A stretch of DNA of 59,812 bases from Candidatus Staskawiczbacteria bacterium. GTDB taxonomy: Bacteria > Patescibacteriota > Minisyncoccia > Minisyncoccales > Staskawiczbacteraceae. Of the stretch, positions 49,417 through 57,232 are shown in pieces. The stretch's first letter is position 1. The number at the start of each line of letters is the position of its first letter. The translations under genes were made by a program, and so were the position numbers. The notes beneath the pieces were generated by a model. The model did not search any database. It had not been told where the DNA came from and saw nothing but the letters and a program-made list of their open reading frames with translations. The stretch lies in contig JBAZYR010000007.1 in the NCBI GenBank assembly GCA_041659225.1, positions 1 through 59,812 of the forward strand, in the 5' to 3' direction.

Positions 49417-49445
49417 ATTCTATACCTATATATGAGGGCGGTCAA
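49417..49445 (-). promoter_or_regulatory. Candidate promoter driving a ~150-nt leader and the DUF5679 gene
   Basis: Minus strand: TTGACC (49445-49440), 17-nt spacer, TAGAAT (49422-49417). Confidence 0.45.
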
Positions 49446-49458
49446 CCTAAAATGCAGA

Positions 49459-50244
49459 TTAGCCTGCTATCCATCCGCCGTCGACAACCATTACAGAGCC
49501 TGTCATGTATGAGGACTCGTCCGAGGCCAAGAATAGAACCGCATTGGATATTTCTTCAGGCTTGCCCATTCTTCTTAGAGGAACTCCAGCCAACATCGAA
49601 TCCAAGGTTTTCATATCTTGCTTTACGGTGGCGACCATCGGAGTGTCGATCGCTCCTGGAGCTATTGTATTTACTCGTATACTCAACGGAGCCAGCTCCA
49701 AAGCCATTGCCTCAGCCATGGCAACTATCCCACCCTTTGAAGCACAGTAGTGGGTTAAACCTTGAAATCCTACGCCTACCTGGCCCATTGCGATGGAGGC
49801 AATGTTCACAATAGAACCATTCTTTTGCTTTGCCATTTCTTTAGCAGCGGCTTGGGCGCATAAGAAATACCCTTTTAGATTAACATCAATTGTTTTGCTG
49901 AATTCTTCCTGAGACATTTCTAAAAATGGCTTGAAGATGCAGATTCCTGCATTATTCACCAAAATATCTAGTTTGCTGAACTGTTCAACGGTTTTCTGAA
50001 CCAAGGCATCAACTTCTACTTTATTGCTGACGTCACACTTTACCGCAATTGCCTTGCCTCCCAGCTTCTTTATCTCGTCAGCCACTTTCTGGCATTCTTC
50101 CTGGGAAATATCTGAAACAACTACTTTCGCACCGGCTTTAGCTAATACGATAGCATGAGTTCTTCCCATTCCCCTCCTAGCTCCAGTTACAATGGCGACT
50201 TTCCCCTTCAAATCGCAGAACGGCTTTGTTTTAGGTCTGAACAT
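49459..50244 (-). CDS. Short-chain dehydrogenase/reductase (FabG / glucose dehydrogenase-like)
   Basis: GKVAIVTGARRGMGRT, NNAG, YCASKGG, PGAIDTPM. Confidence 0.85.
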   Translation of the reverse strand: MFRPKTKPFCDLKGKVAIVTGARRGMGRTHAIVLAKAGAKVVVSDISQEECQKVADEIKKLGGKAIAVKCDVSNKVEVDALVQKTVEQFSKLDILVNNAGICIFKPFLEMSQEEFSKTIDVNLKGYFLCAQAAAKEMAKQKNGSIVNIASIAMGQVGVGFQGLTHYCASKGGIVAMAEAMALELAPLSIRVNTIAPGAIDTPMVATVKQDMKTLDSMLAGVPLRRMGKPEEISNAVLFLASDESSYMTGSVMVVDGGWIAG

Positions 50245-50264
50245 ATTAATACCTTAGTTAATTA

Positions 50265-50792
50265 TTACTCTTTGCAGCAATCAATTACTTTTTTTACCAC
50301 CTCTCCTAATTTTCCAAGAAATCCTTTCTTATCTTTATCTTCTTTATTCAATTGGTCGTCATCAATCTTTTTCATATCTCCAACGTTAACCAGTTTCAGA
50401 TTTATTCCCCAAAAAAGGGAATAGAGGTTATAGGCTTTTGAAAATAGGTCTTCGGCGTCTGATTTCTTGCCTTGCGAGAGATATTTGGTTCCTACCTCCA
50501 TCAGCCTCATTGAAGCTGCTAAAAGATGCTTGGAGATGCACCAAACTTCTCCTTCATAGTCTTTTATTATTCTCTTGAGCAAATCCTTCCTCATCTCCCG
50601 CGTAGTCAGTAATAAATCATAATACTCGCTTTTCCCCGTCTTCGCTCCGGTAAAGAAAAAATGCTCTTCGATTGAGATTAAGTTCATTATGGCAATAGAT
50701 AAATCCTCATCAGAAGACAAATCTAAGCCGCTCTTTTTGCTTTCTTCAACTTTCTTTATTAAGTTTTCTACTTCCTTATCTAACTCTACCAT
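50265..50792 (-). CDS. Hypothetical helical cytoplasmic protein
   Basis: 175-aa ORF, overlapping the upstream gene by 7 nt (translational coupling likely). Confidence 0.6.
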   Translation of the reverse strand: MVELDKEVENLIKKVEESKKSGLDLSSDEDLSIAIMNLISIEEHFFFTGAKTGKSEYYDLLLTTREMRKDLLKRIIKDYEGEVWCISKHLLAASMRLMEVGTKYLSQGKKSDAEDLFSKAYNLYSLFWGINLKLVNVGDMKKIDDDQLNKEDKDKKGFLGKLGEVVKKVIDCCKE

Positions 50793-51295
50793 TTGAGTAA
50801 ATAATATGTGATTAAACTAATGACAGCCAAAAAGGAAACTGGGAAGACTACCTTCTGATAAGGGAAATATGGCTTCCCGTTATTTTTTTTCTTAGAAAGT
50901 TTATACGCTAGAGCTCCCAATAAAAACGTAATCGTTCCTATGACAATTCCAAATAGTATTCTATCAATTCCCCATATTTTATTCAAAGGGTGTCCGATAA
51001 TATTTGTGTAAAATAGCGGTAAAAGGGTTAATAAATAGAACGCTAACACTATAGTTAGATTGCGTAGATAGAAATTAAGCTTTTTTTGATCGAGATAATC
51101 CAAAAGCCACATTATCATTGATACTATCAAGCCACCTATCCAGATGCCGGATATGATGTCATCTATCCCAATCCACCGGGAAAAGCCAACTCCGGCACCA
51201 ACCGCAACTGTGCAAAGGGGGCAAATCGCTTCAGTTCTTTGCCCGACAAGGAGGCCGAAGGACAATAGGCTTAGAAAAAAGTATAATTTCTTCAT
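50786..51295 (-). CDS. Polytopic membrane protein with a single CPLC motif at the first periplasm-facing boundary
   Basis: Signal/TM1, then EAICPLCTVAVGAGVG; about 5 TM helices; only two Cys in the protein. 4-nt overlap with the upstream thioredoxin-fold gene. Confidence 0.6.
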   Translation of the reverse strand: MKKLYFFLSLLSFGLLVGQRTEAICPLCTVAVGAGVGFSRWIGIDDIISGIWIGGLIVSMIMWLLDYLDQKKLNFYLRNLTIVLAFYLLTLLPLFYTNIIGHPLNKIWGIDRILFGIVIGTITFLLGALAYKLSKKKNNGKPYFPYQKVVFPVSFLAVISLITYYLLKW

Positions 51296-51672
51296 TGTAC
51301 AAGGGCTCTCATTTTAAGATCAAAAAAATTGACGATCTCGGTTTCTCCCTGTATGCAATTGGTTCCATCCCATAAGAAAGGTATGGATATGTTGCTTGTG
51401 TCCAGATTACAGGCTTTGGCCTTCTCTATCAGAGAATTGATGGCTTCTTGATCATCCCCTATTTCTACCTTCTTAAAATTTATTTTCTTTTCTACTCCAT
51501 TATCCTGGATATATTTGGCGACATTCTGGCAGTGAGGACAAACTGCGTTAGAAAACAAGACTATTCCAGATTCAGGAAGAGCAGCGCTTTGCTGATAAAG
51601 AAAAAACACAGCTATCGCTATAATTACAACGGCAACAACGGCGATTATTGCGATTAATATATTTTTATTCAT
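51292..51672 (-). CDS. Membrane-anchored thioredoxin/glutaredoxin-fold protein with DsbA-type CPHC active site
   Basis: N-terminal TM helix ILIAIIAVVAVVIIAIAVFFLY, then VLFSNAVCPHCQNVAKYI. Confidence 0.7.
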   Translation of the reverse strand: MNKNILIAIIAVVAVVIIAIAVFFLYQQSAALPESGIVLFSNAVCPHCQNVAKYIQDNGVEKKINFKKVEIGDDQEAINSLIEKAKACNLDTSNISIPFLWDGTNCIQGETEIVNFFDLKMRALVQ

Positions 51673-51702
51673 ATATATATTACCTTAATTTACTAATTAT
51701 GC

Positions 51703-52869
51703 TTATTGTACCATAACTTTAATTTCTTTTGTAATACCAGCTACAATCTTTTTAATATTAAGCTTCTTTTCTAATTCTTTGACAACCTCTAATTTTCCAT
51801 CAGCTGTCGAGTGTTTGGGCGTGAATAATGTACAGCAATCTTCATGGGGTTTGATAGAAATTTCGTAGGTTTTAATTTGTTCAGCCAATTTAATTATCTC
51901 TTCCTTATCCATGGCTATTAACGGCCTGAATACGGGCATCCTTATAGCATCTGAAACAATCGTTATATTCTGTAATGTCTGCGAACTTACTTGCCCCAAG
52001 CTTTCACCGGTTACCAGGGCTTTGCACCTTTCTTTTTTCGCGATGGCTTCAGCTATTCTGAACATTAACCGCCTATAAAGTAAAATCCTATACCCGGCAG
52101 GCGCTTTAGTTTTTATCTCCACTTGAGCCCTGGAGATGGGTACAAAGTATATTTTAAGATGCGCCTGATAGCTTGAGAATATCCTTGCTATCTCTTTTAT
52201 CTTTTCAATGCTTTTATTAGAAACCAAGGGGAAACTATGGAAATGCAGCCAGACATTCTCGGCCCCTCTTTTAGATATTAAATGAGCCGCAACAGGAGAA
52301 TCAATACCGCCGGACATCAAAACCAAGACCCTTCCGGAAGCGCCAAACGGCAGGCCTCCCTGCGCCCGCTGTTTTTTAAAATACAGAAACCAACCCTGCT
52401 TGCGTATTTCAATGGATAATTCCTTTTTAGGATTGTTCAAATTAACCTTGCGATCTATGCGGCGCGCAATTCTTTCGATTACTTCCTTAGTTGCCAAAGA
52501 CGTACTCGAAGAAACGTCGCTCATTTTTAAGTTTATTGCGAATGTTTCCCGGCTTTTTATCCAATTATGATAGTTTTTATCCACGAAATCCCCAAACTCT
52601 TTTAAATCCGACTCAGGGAAATACAAGCATTCGGCAAACCAGGATATCCCGAATATATTCTTTAAAACCTTTATTACGGCTTTCGGCTGTTCAGTTTCAA
52701 TAAAGATTCTTTCCCGAAGCAAAAACAGCTTGAAATCAACAGTGTTTTTTGCAAGAAAAAAACGCAGGTTATCAACTAACCGTTTTTGAAATAGCTTCTT
52801 TACGCCTTCGGATTTTAAAAATAGCTCTCCGAAGGCGATCATTACGCCGTTTTTAGGAGTTTTATCCAT
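51703..52869 (-). CDS. thiI: tRNA 4-thiouridine(8) synthase ThiI (THUMP plus PP-loop)
   Basis: VLVLMSGGIDSPVAA, GESLGQVSSQTLQN. Confidence 0.85.
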   Translation of the reverse strand: MDKTPKNGVMIAFGELFLKSEGVKKLFQKRLVDNLRFFLAKNTVDFKLFLLRERIFIETEQPKAVIKVLKNIFGISWFAECLYFPESDLKEFGDFVDKNYHNWIKSRETFAINLKMSDVSSSTSLATKEVIERIARRIDRKVNLNNPKKELSIEIRKQGWFLYFKKQRAQGGLPFGASGRVLVLMSGGIDSPVAAHLISKRGAENVWLHFHSFPLVSNKSIEKIKEIARIFSSYQAHLKIYFVPISRAQVEIKTKAPAGYRILLYRRLMFRIAEAIAKKERCKALVTGESLGQVSSQTLQNITIVSDAIRMPVFRPLIAMDKEEIIKLAEQIKTYEISIKPHEDCCTLFTPKHSTADGKLEVVKELEKKLNIKKIVAGITKEIKVMVQ

Positions 52870-53950
52870 TGCCTTTAATTATGCCCCCTCCGATTAATTT
52901 TTTACCGCTGTAGAAAACTACTGACTGCCCCGGGGTTATAGCCCTCTGTGGTTTTAGAAAATCCAAGGAATAGAAATTTGAATTTACTTTCTTCACAATA
53001 GCAGATTGCCCCGGGGTTCGATAACGGATTTTGGCCGTCACTCTAATTGGGAACTTCGGGCTGACACCGGATATCCAATTGATATTTCCTGCAATTAATT
53101 TTCTAGAAACCAGATCTTTCTCGTTCTGGCTGATGACTAATTCATTTTTCTTAATATTTTTGCTTAAAACATAATATGGCTTTCCGGAAGCTATCCCTAT
53201 ACCCCTCCTTTGGCCGATCGTATAGAACCAAAGGCCATGATGAGAACCCAGGATATTTCCGCTGAGGTCAACAATATTCCCGGTCTTCTCTCGTAAATAT
53301 TTCCTAAGAAAACTATTAATTTCTGCGTCGACAAAACATATTTCCTGGGATTCTAAGGTTTTTGCGTTTGGTAATTTAAACTTTTTCGCTAACTCCCGGA
53401 CTTTGCTCTTTGTATAGTTGCCCACAGGAAACAAAATATGTTTTAGCTGTTTTTGATTAAGCTTCCATAAAAAATATGATTGATCTTTGTCCTTATCCTC
53501 CCCTTTCAGTAATACGCAGCTTTGAGTCTTGGGCTCTTTGTAGATTTGGACGTAATGCCCTGTCGCGACGTAAGCTGCGTCAAGCTTAAATGCTTTTTCT
53601 AATAACAAGCCAAACTTTATTTCCTTATTGCAAACCACGCAAGGGTTTGGCGTTCGTCCCGCTCTATTCTCTTTTAGAAAATAGTCGACAACTTTCTTTT
53701 TGAATTCCCTCTCTAAATTTAAAACGTAAAAAGGGATATCCAGCTTTTTTGCTACTAACCTAGCCATTCTCTCTGATTCTAGCGTGCAACATCTATTTTC
53801 GTTTGATTTCCCGAAAGATTTAGGCTTCCAGAATTTCATGAAAACACCTATGACATCATGACCCTGTTTCTTTAACAGGGCTGCAGCTACAGAACTATCA
53901 ACTCCGCCGGACATTGCCACAATTATTCTATTCTTATTTTCTCTCTTCAT
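52862..53950 (-). CDS. mnmA: tRNA-specific 2-thiouridylase MnmA
   Basis: IIVAMSGGVDSSVAA, CCT, NPCVVCNKEIKF, ATGHY, DQSYFL. Confidence 0.9.
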   Translation of the reverse strand: MKRENKNRIIVAMSGGVDSSVAAALLKKQGHDVIGVFMKFWKPKSFGKSNENRCCTLESERMARLVAKKLDIPFYVLNLEREFKKKVVDYFLKENRAGRTPNPCVVCNKEIKFGLLLEKAFKLDAAYVATGHYVQIYKEPKTQSCVLLKGEDKDKDQSYFLWKLNQKQLKHILFPVGNYTKSKVRELAKKFKLPNAKTLESQEICFVDAEINSFLRKYLREKTGNIVDLSGNILGSHHGLWFYTIGQRRGIGIASGKPYYVLSKNIKKNELVISQNEKDLVSRKLIAGNINWISGVSPKFPIRVTAKIRYRTPGQSAIVKKVNSNFYSLDFLKPQRAITPGQSVVFYSGKKLIGGGIIKGNG

Positions 53951-54376
53951 TTATATTAAAAAAGCTAACACTAATCCTGAAACCGGCCAAAGACAATAAA
54001 AAATCGTTGATATCATGTGTTGCTTGGTGGATTTGCGGATAATAAAATATGGCAGAAAGGTAAGAAAACCCCAAAGCTGAATCAGAACTATTGATCCTGG
54101 GATAAATAAAAGAGGGCTGGATAGAAAGGGGTTTTTCCACAAAAGTTCAAAGCCGTACATGATTATTAACATTGCGATCAAAACCCTTCGATAGTTCCAA
54201 TTTTTTACAAAAAGCAAAAACCAAAATATGAGAATGATAAAAAGATACTGCAGCAAAATCCAGGGCATGTATGACACCCATACTGACAAGTTTGTTCTCC
54301 AAGTCGTGATGTATTCGATAATTATCCAAAACACGAACGAAAGTATAATATAGGCCCTTGCTTTGCTTTTATCCAT
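53951..54376 (-). CDS. Hypothetical 4-5 TM membrane protein
   Basis: Hydrophobic ORF abutting mnmA. The track start at 54412 is a TTG inside the terminator U-tract, so I prefer ATG 54376 (MDKSKARAY...). Confidence 0.55.
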   Translation of the reverse strand: MDKSKARAYIILSFVFWIIIEYITTWRTNLSVWVSYMPWILLQYLFIILIFWFLLFVKNWNYRRVLIAMLIIMYGFELLWKNPFLSSPLLFIPGSIVLIQLWGFLTFLPYFIIRKSTKQHMISTIFYCLWPVSGLVLAFLI

Positions 54377-54413
54377 ATTTTTAACTCTGCCATAATAAAA
54401 CTCATTTTTCAAC

Positions 54414-54437
54414 GAAAAAGGCCACGAGTGTGTGACC
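54414..54437 (-). terminator. Intrinsic terminator ending structured RNA element B
   Basis: Minus strand: GGUCAC-ACACUC-GUGGCC (contains a G-U pair that would be a C-A mismatch on the plus strand), followed by UUUUUCGUU. Confidence 0.6.
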
Positions 54438-54762
54438 TATGCGGAATGAAGGAATAAATTGGAAAAGAGCAAACGCTGCTGGGCAGTCGACAGGGTTGGT
54501 GTAGGGTATGCGCCCAAGTAAGAGCATCTCATGCACACATTGGGTCCGGGATCCACCCTAGCTCTCCTTGGGAATAATCCCAAAACCTTGTTTCGGGAGT
54601 CGGCTCCCGAATCATCCCTATCCTACGCACCACCTGCGCGTGGAGGTTGTGCCATGGCTAGCACCAGCTTCTCTGTGATGCTTCGGCCCTGTCAACTGCC
54701 CAGCAAATTAGTAATTAATTGAATAACAACTAATTTGCCGAGCATTTAACAGTTTTACAACC
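54414..54762 (-). ncRNA. Unclassified GC-rich structured RNA or leader (element B) between nifU and the membrane-protein/mnmA/thiI operon
   Basis: 18-bp closing helix 54704-54687 / 54495-54478 (G-U on the minus strand, C-A mismatch on the plus). Inner helices AGCAUC/GAUGCU, GGGAG-CCGA-CUCCC, UUGGGA-UUAU-UCCCAA and GCGCA-GGUGG-UGCGU. Own promoter and terminator. Confidence 0.6.
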
Positions 54763-54768
54763 AGAGTC

Positions 54769-54796
54769 ATAATAGCAAATAAAAGCTTAATGTCAA
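54769..54796 (-). promoter_or_regulatory. Sigma70-like promoter for element B
   Basis: Minus strand: TTGACA (54796-54791), 16-nt spacer, TATTAT (54774-54769). Begins 8 nt after the nifU stop codon. Confidence 0.55.
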
Positions 54797-54803
54797 GACA
54801 ACC

Positions 54804-55277
54804 CTATGCCCACTTCTTGTACCTTTTTTCGATAATCTCTCTCTCGCGGCTAATTCTGCTGTGTCGTTCCTTTAATTCTTTGGATATTTCCTTTTTGTTT
54901 TTAGAAAGATAATCAAAAATTGCCTCCACTAGGGCGTCAACGGCTAAAACTGAACAATGAAATTTAATTTTAGGCAAACCGCCTAAAGATTCCACGACAT
55001 TATCCTTCGTAATCTCCAGCGCCTCTTTTATTGTTTTGCCTTTTGCCAAATCAGTGATCATGCTACTCGTGCTGATTGCCGCGACGCAACCGAAGGTTTC
55101 AAATTTTATATCCTTAATCACTTCCCTCTTATCAACTTTTATATATAGCCACATAACGTCACCGCAGGTCGGATTGCCGACTTTGCCGACACCATCGGCG
55201 CTCTTTATCTTACCGTAGTTATGAGGTTTTTTAAAAAGATCCAGAACCTTTTTTGTGTAAACTCCTTTTTCTTGCAT
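54804..55277 (-). CDS. nifU: IscU/NifU-type Fe-S cluster scaffold with charged C-terminal extension
   Basis: GNPTCGDVM, FETFGCVAAI, KFHCSVLA. Confidence 0.9.
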   Translation of the reverse strand: MQEKGVYTKKVLDLFKKPHNYGKIKSADGVGKVGNPTCGDVMWLYIKVDKREVIKDIKFETFGCVAAISTSSMITDLAKGKTIKEALEITKDNVVESLGGLPKIKFHCSVLAVDALVEAIFDYLSKNKKEISKELKERHSRISREREIIEKRYKKWA

Positions 55278-55278
55278 A

Positions 55279-56430
55279 TTATTTAAACGGAGAAATCTCC
55301 CTTAATTGTTTAATAATTTTTGGAAGTAGAGTCAGTAAGCGATTAATTTCTTCCTTAGTCGTCCAACGGCCAAGCGAAATTCTCAACGAACCATGGGCCT
55401 CCTGAGGCCTCAGGCCAAGCGCCAACAGAACATGGCTTGGTTCTAGCTTTATTGAAGAGCATGCAGAGCCAGTGGAGGCTGCTATTCCTTCCAGATCTAA
55501 TTGGATTATGAGTGCCTCCCCTTCAATAAAATCAAAGCGAAAATTAGCATTGTTCTGCAGCCTGTCTACTGGATGGCCGTTTAAATAACTTCCTTTTGTC
55601 TTCAAGACTTCTTTTATCAAATAATTTCTTAACTCCATTATCCTTTTATTCTCTGACACACCTTCTTTCTGGGTGATTTTAACGGCTTCTGCGAAACCGA
55701 CAACAGCTGGAACATTTACAGTTGAAGAACGTAACCCTGATTCCTGCCCGCCACCGTGCAAAAAAGGCTCAATCCTTACTCCTTCCCTCACAAACAAACA
55801 ACCTGCGCCTTTCGGACCGTATATTTTATGTGAACTGGCAGTTAATAAATCGATATTCATTTTATTAACATCAATCGGAATCCTGCCGAAACTTTGACTG
55901 GCGTCGGTATGGAAATATATATTATTCTGCCGGCATATTTTCCCAATCTCTTCTATGGGTTGGATAGTTCCGATTTCGTTCGAGGCATGTATTATGGAAA
56001 CTAAAACCGTATTCTTCTTAATTGCTTTTTTTATATTATCAACGCCTACCTTCCCGTATTTATCAACTTTAACTTCTGTTATCTCGAACCCTTGTTTCTT
56101 CAGCCACTTCGCTGATTCGACAATACATGGGTGTTCAATGGCCGAAATAATAATGTGGTTGCCTCTCCCCTTATTTGCAAAAGCAACTCCCTTCAAAGCT
56201 AAATTGTTGCTTTCAGTAGCCGAACCAGTGAAAATTATTTCATTTGTTTTTGCAGACAATAAATCAGCGATTATTTGCCGGCTTTCTTCAAGGGCTACCT
56301 TTGCCTCCTGTCCGAAACTATGCAGCGACATTGTGTTGCCGAATTTACGGCTATAGTAAGGCTCCATCGCCTTTTTCACGCGCGGATCTATCGGAGTTGT
56401 TGCAGCGTAATCAAAATATATTTTCTTCAT
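55279..56430 (-). CDS. nifS: Cysteine desulfurase (NifS/IscS class)
   Basis: YFDYAATTP, SAIEHPC, SSHKIYGPKG, STGSACSS. Confidence 0.9.
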   Translation of the reverse strand: MKKIYFDYAATTPIDPRVKKAMEPYYSRKFGNTMSLHSFGQEAKVALEESRQIIADLLSAKTNEIIFTGSATESNNLALKGVAFANKGRGNHIIISAIEHPCIVESAKWLKKQGFEITEVKVDKYGKVGVDNIKKAIKKNTVLVSIIHASNEIGTIQPIEEIGKICRQNNIYFHTDASQSFGRIPIDVNKMNIDLLTASSHKIYGPKGAGCLFVREGVRIEPFLHGGGQESGLRSSTVNVPAVVGFAEAVKITQKEGVSENKRIMELRNYLIKEVLKTKGSYLNGHPVDRLQNNANFRFDFIEGEALIIQLDLEGIAASTGSACSSIKLEPSHVLLALGLRPQEAHGSLRISLGRWTTKEEINRLLTLLPKIIKQLREISPFK

Positions 56431-56432
56431 AA

Positions 56433-56822
56433 CTACTTCTTTTTTATTAAATCCGCTAAAGTAACTGCATTCAATGTATTGTCAAACGAATCCTGAGCTT
56501 CGCTCCATATATCCTCACTTGTGCACTGTCCGGCCATAGCGCAGCCCGAACAATGGGAAGTAGCCATATCTTCCTCTAAAACCAGCACAATGTCCCAGGG
56601 GGTTATTTTGTTGCTCGGTCGTGCTAAAAAATATCCTCCTTGGCTGCCTTTCTTGGCTTTCACTAAATTTGCCTTTTCCAGCTCGCCGATGATCTTTTCT
56701 AAGTAATCAAAAGAAATATCTTCCTTCTTGGATATTTCTTTTAAGGAAATCACCTTTTTAGGGTTTTTCGCGAGATGGAGAATTGCCCTCAAGCCATATT
56801 CTGTTTTTTTAGATACCTTCAT
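56433..56822 (-). CDS. Rrf2-family transcriptional regulator (IscR-like, Cys-containing)
   Basis: KTEYGLRAILHLAKN wHTH; CSGCAMAGQC cluster-ligand region. Confidence 0.85.
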   Translation of the reverse strand: MKVSKKTEYGLRAILHLAKNPKKVISLKEISKKEDISFDYLEKIIGELEKANLVKAKKGSQGGYFLARPSNKITPWDIVLVLEEDMATSHCSGCAMAGQCTSEDIWSEAQDSFDNTLNAVTLADLIKKK

Positions 56823-56932
56823 GTTTTTATGTTATCTCCGACTAATTTTGTCGGTATTGATTAAATATAGCGCGAGAGAAAATCTATGTCAAGAGCCCCA
56901 CCACTCTCGTGATGGGGCTCTCTTGAAATTAA

Positions 56933-57184
56933 CTAAATCTGACTTGTCGGTAAATTCTTATCCTTCCTTTTACTAAAATAGAAAAGATAGAGAATTTCTA
57001 AAATTCCCATTGTATTTACTACCAAAAGAACTATAAACCAAGTCTTTTGGAAGTTCCGGCTAGCCTTCCATAGGGCCAACCCTTTCCAGACCATGGACCA
57101 GATGGCTAAGATAATAATGAGAACAGCGGTTATAGGGTTCTCCATTAATTTGATAAGCTGCTCTGGCGAAGTAAGTGGTATCAT
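56933..57184 (-). CDS. DUF5652-type small membrane protein
   Basis: AIWSMVWKGLALWKASRNFQKTWFIVLLVVNTMGILEILYLFYF. Confidence 0.6.
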   Translation of the reverse strand: MIPLTSPEQLIKLMENPITAVLIIILAIWSMVWKGLALWKASRNFQKTWFIVLLVVNTMGILEILYLFYFSKRKDKNLPTSQI

Positions 57185-57232
57185 ATTTTTTATTTTTTAT
57201 TAATCCGCAACCTCCGACCCAAAGGCTGCGCT

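Noticed and set aside
54478-54704. MITE or transposon interpretation of the inverted repeats (GGGCAGTTGACAGGG-type ends) shared by elements A and B.
   Set aside because: - No target-site duplication flanks either copy.
- The similarity extends into the upstream promoter and leader.
- The mismatches in the helices are G-U-compatible only on the transcribed strand.
These points favour RNA helices over DNA-level terminal inverted repeats.
54531-54722. Track ORF 54531..54722(+), 63 aa.
   Set aside because: It lies antisense within structured element B, has no SD and reflects GC-rich codon noise.
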